This document shows positions 35,229-42,835 of a DNA stretch of 64,000 nucleotides, piece by piece. Position 1 is the stretch's first letter. Each line of letters opens with the position of its first letter. The position numbers and the translations under genes were made by a program. This stretch comes from Flavobacteriales bacterium (GTDB lineage Bacteria > Bacteroidota > Bacteroidia > Flavobacteriales_F > PHOS-HE28), in assembly GCA_016719225.1 (NCBI GenBank), contig JADKAN010000004.1, forward strand, positions 578,707 to 642,706. Direction: 5' to 3'. Below the pieces are notes generated by a model. The model searched no databases. It saw only the letters and a list, made by a program, of their open reading frames with translations, and was not told where the DNA came from.

Positions 35229-35948
35229 CTATCTGTTGGAATTCCGCTGCTGCCAGAGGTCAAAGAAATTCTTCGTTTCAATGGCCACCACGCCGCCGGT
35301 CACATCTCCATATTTCGCGGGAAGGCCGCCGGTGTAAACGCTAACGCTATTGATCGCATCCGATGGTACCCCGGGGTTGTTCCCTTGCACTTTCACCCCG
35401 TCCACGAAGTAAGCCATGGAACCGCTGCGCGACCCGCGGAAGTAGAGCTCATCGCTATTGGCTGCCTTGGTAACACCGGGCGTCATGCTGGCGATCATTT
35501 TTATCGGATCCTTGCGGACGGCGTTGGTCTTGATCTGCGCTGTGGTCATCACGATGCGCGAAGGGTCGTCAGGGCGGAACAACGGCTCTTCCCACCGCTT
35601 TCTCACCACTACGACAGGACCAAGTGTGGAGTTCAACGAGATGTCCGCCAATCGAGTGATGAGGCCCGGGTCCACCCGAACGCCCGAAAGTTCGAACGGG
35701 TTGAAGCCCAAGCCGGTGGCCGAAACCTTGTATTCGCCCGGTGATAGCGGCTTTATCGTGTAGCGCCCTTCGAGATCTGTTTGCGCACCAAGAATATTAC
35801 CTCCCTGTTCAGCCCTTACCACGCAAAAGGGGAGGCCGGCTCCTTCCGCATCCAGCACTTTGCCCTGGATCTCGCCGGTGTCCTGTGCCTGGGCCACCGC
35901 ACTACCGACCAATGCCAGCAGTGTGATAATTGTCCGTGTGTTCTTCAT
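35229..35948 (-). CDS. stand-alone CarboxypepD_reg-like + TonB-dependent-receptor Plug domain protein (no beta-barrel)
   Basis: The start is trimmed to MKNTRTIITLLALVGSAVAQAQ (signal peptide). The reg-like domain reads IQGKVLDAEG.GLPFCVV...TDLEGRYTIKPLSPGEYKV. The plug reads ...IASMTPGV......LYFRGSRSGSMAYFVDGVKV......INSVSVYTGGLPAKYGDVTGGVVAIETK. The ORF stops right after the plug. Confidence 0.7.
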   Translation of the reverse strand: MKNTRTIITLLALVGSAVAQAQDTGEIQGKVLDAEGAGLPFCVVRAEQGGNILGAQTDLEGRYTIKPLSPGEYKVSATGLGFNPFELSGVRVDPGLITRLADISLNSTLGPVVVVRKRWEEPLFRPDDPSRIVMTTAQIKTNAVRKDPIKMIASMTPGVTKAANSDELYFRGSRSGSMAYFVDGVKVQGNNPGVPSDAINSVSVYTGGLPAKYGDVTGGVVAIETKNFFDLWQQRNSNR

Positions 35949-36025
35949 CGCTGTTGCGGGTGTTGTTCCACAAGAGGATGCACGCAATAGGGTTAATGCA
36001 TAAATAGACAGAAGCCCCGACCCTT

Positions 36026-36061
36026 GGACCCAAGACTCAGGACTCGAGACTTCTCAGGTCC
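36026..36061 (-). terminator. hairpin downstream of the NifU-like gene (also a copy of an AAGACTCnGGACTC-type motif)
   Basis: GGACCCAAGACTCAGGACTCGAGACTTCTCAGGTCC. The outer 10 bp pair (GGACC/GGTCC plus wobbles). On the minus strand it is followed by a moderately T-rich stretch. Confidence 0.4.
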
Positions 36062-36070
36062 AGACGCTAA

Positions 36071-36685
36071 CTAAAGCTCTTCCGCTACTACTTCCCGGAC
36101 CCCCGGCACCATCTGCTTCATCAGGTTCTCGATCCCGCCCTTCAACGTGACCATGCTGCTGGGACAGCCGCTGCAACTACCGCGCAGCGAAACGGCGAGG
36201 ATCCCGTCCTTGAAGGATTTGAAAGCGATATGCCCACCGTCGCTCTCTACGTTGGGCCGCACGTATTCCTCCAGCACTGCGATGATCTGTTCCTCATCCT
36301 TCGTGTTCGGCTTGGAATGTGAAACAGCGCGCTCGTTCGCATCGGCTAAGCTTTGCGCAGGTGCGTCGGAAAGCACTACGCGGCCATCGGTGTTCAGGTA
36401 TTCCTGGATGTACTCCCGAAGCTCGATCTGCACCATGTCCCAATCGATGCTATTGTTCTTGGTGACGGTAATGAAATTGCCGCTGATGAAAACACCGGTG
36501 ACGAACGGTAGGTTGAACACTTTCGCCGCGAGCGGAGAAACCGCCTCCGCTTCTTCCGGAGAGGTGAATTCCATCAGTCGGCCTTCCGGCACCAAGGGAC
36601 GGCCGGTCACAAAACGCATGGTGGCCGGGTTGGGTGTGGACTCGGCATAGACCGATACAGGAAGGCGTTTTTCAGTGGTTTCCAT
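36071..36685 (-). CDS. NifU/Nfu-family Fe-S cluster assembly protein (Nfu_N + NifU C-terminal domain)
   Basis: The N-domain reads ...ESTPNPATMRFV.... The C-domain reads ...VRPNVESDGGHIAFKSF.DGILAVSLRGSCSGCPSSMVTLK.GIE. Confidence 0.88.
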   Translation of the reverse strand: METTEKRLPVSVYAESTPNPATMRFVTGRPLVPEGRLMEFTSPEEAEAVSPLAAKVFNLPFVTGVFISGNFITVTKNNSIDWDMVQIELREYIQEYLNTDGRVVLSDAPAQSLADANERAVSHSKPNTKDEEQIIAVLEEYVRPNVESDGGHIAFKSFKDGILAVSLRGSCSGCPSSMVTLKGGIENLMKQMVPGVREVVAEEL

Positions 36686-36692
36686 GGGGAGG

Positions 36693-36700
36693 CAAAGGTA
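36693..36700 (-). promoter_or_regulatory. Bacteroidetes -7 box (TACCTTTG) 7 nt upstream of the nfu-like ATG
   Basis: The plus strand reads CAAAGGTA, so the minus strand reads TACCTTTG-CCTCCCC-ATG. This is an exact match to the TAnnTTTG consensus. Confidence 0.4.
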
Positions 36701-36870
36701 CGGGTCGGGATGTAGGAGGTGAAAACACAGTCACAGGAACAAGGTGGCTTCGATCAGGGCATTATGGAAATTCGAGGCAGACCTTCCAATATATTCCGGA
36801 TGCGCCTTGCCAATGCGTGGCTTCCCAAGCATGAGCACTCTTATTATGCAACCTTCCTTGCATAGCCACG

Positions 36871-36878
36871 TATCTTTG
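36871..36878 (+). promoter_or_regulatory. Bacteroidetes -7 box (TATCTTTG) 6 nt upstream of the ATG at 36885
   Basis: Exact match to the TAnnTTTG consensus. Confidence 0.35.
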
Positions 36879-36884
36879 TTGTTC

Positions 36885-37292
36885 ATGCATCCCATGCGTT
36901 CCCTCCGTTCGAAAGGACTTTCGGTCTTGGCCATGCTCGTGCTTTTGTTAGGCACGGTCGCGCCGGCCATGGCGCGTATGACCTGTATCATGGGCGGTCC
37001 GAGTATCCTCAGCATCGGTCAAGCCGAGGAGTGTTCCCCGGTGGACCATGCACATCCCACTCCCACTGTGCAGGCCACCTGCTGCGAAGTGTTGCAGGCA
37101 AATCCCCAGCGTTCAAGTTTTGTACCGGCCAGTAGCGCAATGGTCCCAGTGCTCGTTGCCGTGGTGCTTCCTGCCGTGGTGATCCCTGCGGAAGTAGCAG
37201 CTCCGGTCGTTCTGTGCGATGTGCGGTTCTCTCGCCCACCGCCCTTGGCCCGCTCACAGCGTTTGGCCACTTTCGGTTCCTACCTCCTCTAG
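36885..37292 (+). CDS. small membrane/secreted Cys-rich protein, HYC_CC_PP-like (metal-cluster accessory protein)
   Basis: The start is trimmed to MHPMRSLRSKGLSVLAMLVLLLGTVAPAMA (signal/TM). It then carries ..MTCIMGG.., ..ATCCEVLQ.. and ..SRPPPL... The ~135-aa size, the CC and PP motifs, and the position upstream of a TBDR and an HMA protein all fit that family as I remember it. Confidence 0.5.
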   Translation: MHPMRSLRSKGLSVLAMLVLLLGTVAPAMARMTCIMGGPSILSIGQAEECSPVDHAHPTPTVQATCCEVLQANPQRSSFVPASSAMVPVLVAVVLPAVVIPAEVAAPVVLCDVRFSRPPPLARSQRLATFGSYLL

Positions 37293-37504
37293 AACGTCTT
37301 TCCCGGTGAAGGCTGCAGCTCCTGCTGTGGTCTGTTCATGTTGTTTTCACCCCGAAGACTTTTTCTGAATGAGACCAAAACAAGTGATCATGTTTCTCGC
37401 ACTGTCCGCATCGGCCAGTGCGCTCGTTGCGCAGAACAGCGTGACCGGCGTGGTCCGCACCCGCACGTCCGACAAGAGCGTGTGCGCCCCTGCCCGATGC
37501 CCGC

Positions 37505-39619
37505 GTGGGCTGGGCAGGTGGTGCCGCCGTGATGAGCGACTCCAGTGGACATTTCGCGCTTCCGTTGCCTGCTGCTTGGCCTGCAACGCTCGTTACCACT
37601 TCTTTCTCCACTTCACCCGATTCACTGCGTTTGGAAGCCGCGCCCAGCAAGCCGCTCACGATCATGGTGCAGGGCTCAGTGCAACTCGCCGCGGCCGAGA
37701 TCAGTGAACGCCAGGCCAGTACCCGGCTCAGCCTACAGTCGTTGCAAGCGATCGAGTCCATCGGCGCGCGCGAGCTGAAGCGGGCTGCGTGCTGCGACAT
37801 CAGCGAGAGTTTCGAGACCAATGCCACGGTGGATATCAACTACAGTGATGCCGTGAGCGGGACCAAGACCATCCGCATGCTGGGCCTTGACGGCAAATAC
37901 GCGCAGATCAGCATGGAGAACATCCCCTTCGTGCGTGGGCTCTCCTCCAACTCCGGACTTACGCTGATCCCCGGGCCATGGATCCAGGACATTAACGTTA
38001 GCAAGGGCATCGGTACAGCAGTGAACGGTCCAAATGCCATGACCGGCCAGATCGACCTCTGTCTGTTGGACCCGGCCACGGCACCCACGCTCTTTACTAA
38101 CCTTTACGTCAACAGCCAAAGCCGCACGGAACTGAACGTGAACGCCGCGCAGCACCTCGGAAAGGCCGGCGATAATATCCTGATGGTGCAGGGGAACCTG
38201 ATGCAGCGCGAGCTGGATGATAATGGGGATGGCTTCCGCGACCAACCCCTGACCAAGCGCTTCAACATCATGGACCGCTGGATCCAGCACACGGACAAAC
38301 GCACCACGCAGGTGATCCTACGTTATGTGACCGATCTACGGAACGGCGGCCAGATGGACGATGCGCGGATCGGGGAAAGCTCCGGCGGGAGGCGCTACGG
38401 TGTGGACATTGACAACGAAATGGCGGACATCATCGTGAAGAACGGCTGGATCTTGAATGATCCGGGCAAGAGCATCGGCATCCTTACCGGCTTCCGGAAC
38501 AACACCATTTCCTCCGTCTTCGGCGACCGCAACTACCAAGGTGCACAGCGCAGCGGCTATGCGAACGTGGTGTACCAGCAACTGCTGAACGGAAAAGACC
38601 AGATCAAGGCGGGTGCCAGCTTCCAGTTCGATGATTATGACGAACTCTTCCAGCAGCCTTTGGACCAACGGCTCGACCTCGGTCGCACGGAAAGGATGCC
38701 TGGCGTATTCGCTGAATACACCCGCATGCGGAACCGCTTCACCTTAGTGGCAGGCCTGCGTGCCGACTACAACAGCGAATATGGCGAAGCGATCAGCCCG
38801 CGGATACACTTGAAGTATGACATCGCGCCGCTTACCACCATCCGCTTCTCGGGTGGCAGCGGCTTCCGTAGCGCGAACCCGATCATGGAGAACGCAGCAG
38901 CATTAGCCAGTTCGCGTCGCGTGGAATTCGACGGCGCGCTCGGCTTTGAGCGCTCTTGGAACACCGGCATCTCGTTGCTGCACAAGTTCAAGTGGTTCGG
39001 CAAGAAATGGTCGTTGGCGCTGGATGCATACCGCACGGACTTCACGGCACAAGTGGTGGCGGACATGGATCGGGATCCCCAAGTATTGGCCTTTTACATG
39101 CTGGATGGCCCGAGCTATGCCAATAGCGTGCTCGCGGACGTACAGGTACAACTCAGCAAACAATGGGAGATGAAGGCAAGCTACCGCTACTATGATGCGG
39201 AGACCACCTACGATGGCGTATTGCGCGAACGCCCATTGGTACCTGGTCACCGGGGCTTGGTGGACCTCGGCTACACCGCGAAGGACGAAAAATGGCGCTT
39301 CGACATCACGCTCAATGGCTTCGGAACGGCGCGGCTGCCAAGCACCGCATCCAATCCAGAGGAATTCCAGCTCGGGGACCGCTCTCCGGCGTATGCCACG
39401 CTGAATGCACAGATCACACGGGTGATGGGGGCTTGGGAATTTTACCTCGGAGGGGAGAACCTCACCGGCACCTTACAGAACAGGCAGATCCTCGACCCCG
39501 GGGATCCGTTCGGCCCGTATTTTGACGCCTCCATGATCTGGGGCCCCACCAACACGCAAATGGCCTACTTCGGCCTGCGTTTCACCTTGAAAGAAAAACC
39601 CAAAACATCCACTCTTTGA
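37505..39619 (+). CDS. TonB-dependent receptor (body); the signal peptide lies upstream in another frame (apparent frameshift)
   Basis: The plug reads AACCDISESFETNATVDINYSDAVSGTKTIRMLGLDGKY. The barrel ends ...MAYFGLRFTL and is followed by a short EKPKTSTL tail. ORF 37369..37707 (frame +1) encodes MRPKQVIMFLALSASASALVAQNSVTGVV..., the missing signal peptide and the start of the CarboxypepD_reg domain. That domain continues in this frame (...PLPDARVGWAGGAAVMSDSSGHFALP). Confidence 0.8.
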   Translation: MGWAGGAAVMSDSSGHFALPLPAAWPATLVTTSFSTSPDSLRLEAAPSKPLTIMVQGSVQLAAAEISERQASTRLSLQSLQAIESIGARELKRAACCDISESFETNATVDINYSDAVSGTKTIRMLGLDGKYAQISMENIPFVRGLSSNSGLTLIPGPWIQDINVSKGIGTAVNGPNAMTGQIDLCLLDPATAPTLFTNLYVNSQSRTELNVNAAQHLGKAGDNILMVQGNLMQRELDDNGDGFRDQPLTKRFNIMDRWIQHTDKRTTQVILRYVTDLRNGGQMDDARIGESSGGRRYGVDIDNEMADIIVKNGWILNDPGKSIGILTGFRNNTISSVFGDRNYQGAQRSGYANVVYQQLLNGKDQIKAGASFQFDDYDELFQQPLDQRLDLGRTERMPGVFAEYTRMRNRFTLVAGLRADYNSEYGEAISPRIHLKYDIAPLTTIRFSGGSGFRSANPIMENAAALASSRRVEFDGALGFERSWNTGISLLHKFKWFGKKWSLALDAYRTDFTAQVVADMDRDPQVLAFYMLDGPSYANSVLADVQVQLSKQWEMKASYRYYDAETTYDGVLRERPLVPGHRGLVDLGYTAKDEKWRFDITLNGFGTARLPSTASNPEEFQLGDRSPAYATLNAQITRVMGAWEFYLGGENLTGTLQNRQILDPGDPFGPYFDASMIWGPTNTQMAYFGLRFTLKEKPKTSTL

Positions 39620-39621
39620 CC

Positions 39622-40101
39622 ATGAAAAACCTCCTGAAAACCGGTGCCTTCCTGCTGCTGCTCGTGGCCGGACGCAGCCAGGCACAAGATGCCGATAACT
39701 CCAAGCTCGCCTCGGTCGATATCCATACGAACGCAGTATGCGATATGTGCCAGACCACCATCCAGACCGAAATGCTCTACGTGAAGGGCGTGCAGGCCGT
39801 GAATGTGGACCTAGCGGCGAACGTCATCCACGTGGACTACAAAGCGAATAGGACCGACCCCGACAAGCTGCGGGAAGCGGTGGCTAAGCTTGGCTACATG
39901 GCGGACAACCTGATGCCCGACGCCGAAGCCCGCAAGGCATTGCCGGATTGCTGCCAGAAAGAAGGTTGTGGAATGCCGGGGATGCATAAGGAGGAAGCCG
40001 CACCGGCAACGGCGCCCGCTCCTACAACCGAAGCGCCTGAAGAACCCTTGGCACCTACTGCGCCGGCCGCACCTGCTGAACCTGTGGAGCCACAACCCTG
40101 A
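39622..40101 (+). CDS. secreted heavy-metal-associated (HMA) domain protein with Cys-rich and Pro/Ala-rich tail
   Basis: Signal peptide MKNLLKTGAFLLLLVAGRSQAQ. The HMA fold carries the metal motif AVCDMCQTTI. A further LPDCCQKEGCGMPGMH follows, then a PA-rich tail. The start lies 3 nt after the TBDR stop. Confidence 0.8.
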   Translation: MKNLLKTGAFLLLLVAGRSQAQDADNSKLASVDIHTNAVCDMCQTTIQTEMLYVKGVQAVNVDLAANVIHVDYKANRTDPDKLREAVAKLGYMADNLMPDAEARKALPDCCQKEGCGMPGMHKEEAAPATAPAPTTEAPEEPLAPTAPAAPAEPVEPQP

Positions 40102-40105
40102 GGCG

Positions 40106-40645
40106 ATGGCCTTGATACGCACATTAAAAGGGGTCACGCCTTCGTTCGGCAGTGACCCCTTCCTTGCGGAGACGGCTGTTGTGGTGGGCGATGTGGTGAT
40201 GGGTGATGGTTGCAGCGTGTGGTACAACGCCGTGGTGCGTGGCGATGTGAACAGCATCCGTATCGGCCACCGCGTGAATGTCCAGGACGGCGCAGTACTG
40301 CACTGCACCTACCAAAAGTGTGGTCTTCTGATCGGCAACGATGTCAGCATCGGGCACAACGCTATTGTGCACGGCTGCACTGTGGAGGACAAGGTGCTTA
40401 TCGGCATGGGCGCCATCGTAATGGACAAGGCGGTGATCGGGACCGGTAGCGTGATAGCGGCAGGAGCGGTGGTCACCCAAGGTACCGTGGTGCAGCCTCG
40501 AAGCCTGATGGCCGGGATACCGGCGAAGCGTATCGGAGCGGTTGGAAAGGAGCTGTCAGAAGGCGAGATCGAGCGGGTGGCTAAAAACTACGGGGTCTAT
40601 GCGAGTTGGTACAGGACGGACGATGAAGTTGCTGAAACCTTGTGA
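40106..40645 (+). CDS. gamma-carbonic-anhydrase-family / hexapeptide-repeat protein
   Basis: The start is trimmed to MALIRTLKGVTPSFGSD.FLAETAVVVGDV..G...SVWYNAVVRGDVN.I.IG...NVQDG.VLH. This matches the YrdA/PaaY-like left-handed beta-helix family. Confidence 0.85.
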   Translation: MALIRTLKGVTPSFGSDPFLAETAVVVGDVVMGDGCSVWYNAVVRGDVNSIRIGHRVNVQDGAVLHCTYQKCGLLIGNDVSIGHNAIVHGCTVEDKVLIGMGAIVMDKAVIGTGSVIAAGAVVTQGTVVQPRSLMAGIPAKRIGAVGKELSEGEIERVAKNYGVYASWYRTDDEVAETL

Positions 40646-40742
40646 AAGGGATGAAGCGATCACTTTCTCAACGTCTGCCCTTCATAGGAATGAGATCGAC
40701 GCAGAGCGGATCGCGCTGGGTCAGATGTCCTGAGCAATTTTG

Positions 40743-41609
40743 CTAAGGCAACCGCAACGATCCGTCCAATTCCCAAGTCCCTTGTTCCACTGCGGCATTT
40801 TTTGATCCTAACCGGTCCAGGATCTTCCGGAAGCTTGCCGGATCTCCACTGGTATAAAAATCCATCAGCCCCGAGTCCTCCATGTTGCCGCCTTGGTCTT
40901 GGAGTGGGTCTTTTAGATCTTCCGATCCTTGGATCAAGCCGTGCTCTTCCAGCAGATGCTTCAAACGCCGTGCGATCGCTTCCGAAGGCTCGATAACCCG
41001 CACTGTTGGCCCTGTAATGCGCTCGATCAATGGACGCACCAGCGGGTAGTGCGTGCAACCCAGCACCAACGCGTCGATCCCTTGTTCCAACATCGGCGAG
41101 ATCCATGCGCGTAGCATCGCCTCTGTCGTCGGGCCGTCGAAGTCGCCTGCATCGATGCGTTGCGCAAGACCGGGGCAGGCCTGTCGGATCACTTTAACGT
41201 CCTGAGCGAAGCGTTCCACAACGTCCGCCAGCACCCGGCCGTCCACCGTTGCGCGAGTGGCGAGCACGCCCACCACACCGGTGCGCGTGTGTTCCACCGC
41301 TGGCTTTACGGCGGGTTCCATGCCTACGATGGGCAGTGTAGGATATTGCTCCCGTAAAGCGCTGAGCGCCGCACTGGAGGCGGTGTTGCAGGCTATCACG
41401 ATGGCATCGCAGCCCTTCGCCAACAGCGCTGTCGTTATCGCCTTGCTGAAGGCCAGGATCTCGTTTTCCGTGCGTTCGCCGTAAGGCACGTGCGCGTTAT
41501 CCCCGAAATAGAGCAGGCGCCCCATGGGGAGCGCCTGCCGAATGGCAGTGGCCACGCTTAGGCCACCGATGCCGGAATCAAAAATGCCGATGCGCGGGGC
41601 GTTGCCCAT
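40743..41609 (-). CDS. murI: glutamate racemase
   Basis: IGIFDSGIGGLSV, IACNTAS, LGCTHYP. Confidence 0.93.
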   Translation of the reverse strand: MGNAPRIGIFDSGIGGLSVATAIRQALPMGRLLYFGDNAHVPYGERTENEILAFSKAITTALLAKGCDAIVIACNTASSAALSALREQYPTLPIVGMEPAVKPAVEHTRTGVVGVLATRATVDGRVLADVVERFAQDVKVIRQACPGLAQRIDAGDFDGPTTEAMLRAWISPMLEQGIDALVLGCTHYPLVRPLIERITGPTVRVIEPSEAIARRLKHLLEEHGLIQGSEDLKDPLQDQGGNMEDSGLMDFYTSGDPASFRKILDRLGSKNAAVEQGTWELDGSLRLP

Positions 41610-41618
41610 GCGCCGGGG

Positions 41619-42128
41619 TCAGGGAATTGCCAGCCTCTTCTTCACAGCTGGCAGGATGTCGTCACCGCCGTCGGTGTAAAGTACCATGCCGGTGCTACTA
41701 TCGAAGATGTACGTGTATTTCCCTTCGGAGGCCACCGCTTGGATCGCCTTGGTGGTGCGGTCCACCATGGGGGCGAGTAATTCGTTCTCCTGCTTGGATA
41801 GGTCGTCCTTCGCCTTGTCCTGGGCATCGCTGATGCGCTGCTCCAGTTCTTGGATCTCACGCATTGCAACCTGCTGCTCGGTCTTGGTCATGCTTTCAGC
41901 CTTTCCTTGAGCATCGGTCACCTTGTCCTGATATTCTTGACCCATGGCCTTCAAGCGATCGTCAAGTGTTTTGGCGAATGCTTGCATTTTGGCCTCGGCA
42001 TCCTTGCGCTCGGGGAGCATCAACATCAGGGCTTGCCGGTCGATATGGCCGAGTTTCACGGTGTTCTGTGCTTGCACCGCACCGGTGGTGGCTGCCATCA
42101 GGCACAGCGTGGCGATCAAATTCTTCAT
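41619..42128 (-). CDS. OmpH/Skp-family periplasmic chaperone
   Basis: Signal peptide MKNLIATLCLMAATTGAVQAQ. The body is coiled-coil-rich (K/E/Q) and includes ...KYTYIFD.S.G.VLY. It sits downstream of bamA. Confidence 0.85.
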   Translation of the reverse strand: MKNLIATLCLMAATTGAVQAQNTVKLGHIDRQALMLMLPERKDAEAKMQAFAKTLDDRLKAMGQEYQDKVTDAQGKAESMTKTEQQVAMREIQELEQRISDAQDKAKDDLSKQENELLAPMVDRTTKAIQAVASEGKYTYIFDSSTGMVLYTDGGDDILPAVKKRLAIP

Positions 42129-42142
42129 GTTCGTTCTTGGGT

Positions 42143-42805
42143 TCACTGCTTAGGTTTCATTTGGTTGTCACCCCCGGTACCGCGCGCAGGCGGTTTGGTC
42201 GGAGTTTGGTCTGGTGCGGCCTGTCCGCCATTGTCATCATCATCATCGCCGCCCCGCACATTTCCAGGGTTGGCGCCTTCCTTGCCCGGACGGATGCCGA
42301 GCTTGCGAAGAACGCTGTCACTCTTATCATATTTCTCGCTGGCGTACAACACATTGTTCCCTGCTCCGCCAATGTCGAAAATAGCAACGTAGCTGGTACC
42401 GGCCACTTCCTTCACAGCATCGAAAATGCGGTCCTGGATGGGCTGCACCAGTTCCTGCCGTTTCTTGAAGAGGTCGCCGCCAACGCCGAAACGCTTTTGC
42501 TGAAGGTCCCGCGCTTCCTGCTCTTTCTTGGCGATCTCATCCTGGCGGCTCTTCTTCATCTCTTCCGTCAGTAGGATGGCCTCCGCGTTGAAAGCGTCCT
42601 TCAATCGCTGGATCTGTGCCCAGCGGTCGTCGATCTCTTTCTGCCAATCCTTGCTGTTACGGTCCAGCTCTTGCTGCGCGGCCGCATACTCCGGCATTTG
42701 GGAGAGGATATACTTCGTGTCAACGAAGGCAATGCGCTGTGCCTGCACCGTGCCGGTGCATAACACCAGCGCGAAGATCGCGGTCCGGAGAAGGGTTTTG
42801 GCCAT
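42143..42805 (-). CDS. OmpH/Skp-family periplasmic chaperone with Gly/Asp/Pro-rich C-terminal tail
   Basis: Signal peptide MAKTLLRTAIFALVLCTGTVQAQ. The Skp-like body includes RIAFVDTKYILSQMPEY. The tail reads ...GGDDDDDNGGQAAPDQTPTKPP.... Confidence 0.85.
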   Translation of the reverse strand: MAKTLLRTAIFALVLCTGTVQAQRIAFVDTKYILSQMPEYAAAQQELDRNSKDWQKEIDDRWAQIQRLKDAFNAEAILLTEEMKKSRQDEIAKKEQEARDLQQKRFGVGGDLFKKRQELVQPIQDRIFDAVKEVAGTSYVAIFDIGGAGNNVLYASEKYDKSDSVLRKLGIRPGKEGANPGNVRGGDDDDDNGGQAAPDQTPTKPPARGTGGDNQMKPKQ

Positions 42806-42835
42806 GTTGCGTACGTCTAAAATAGGCGATAGCGG

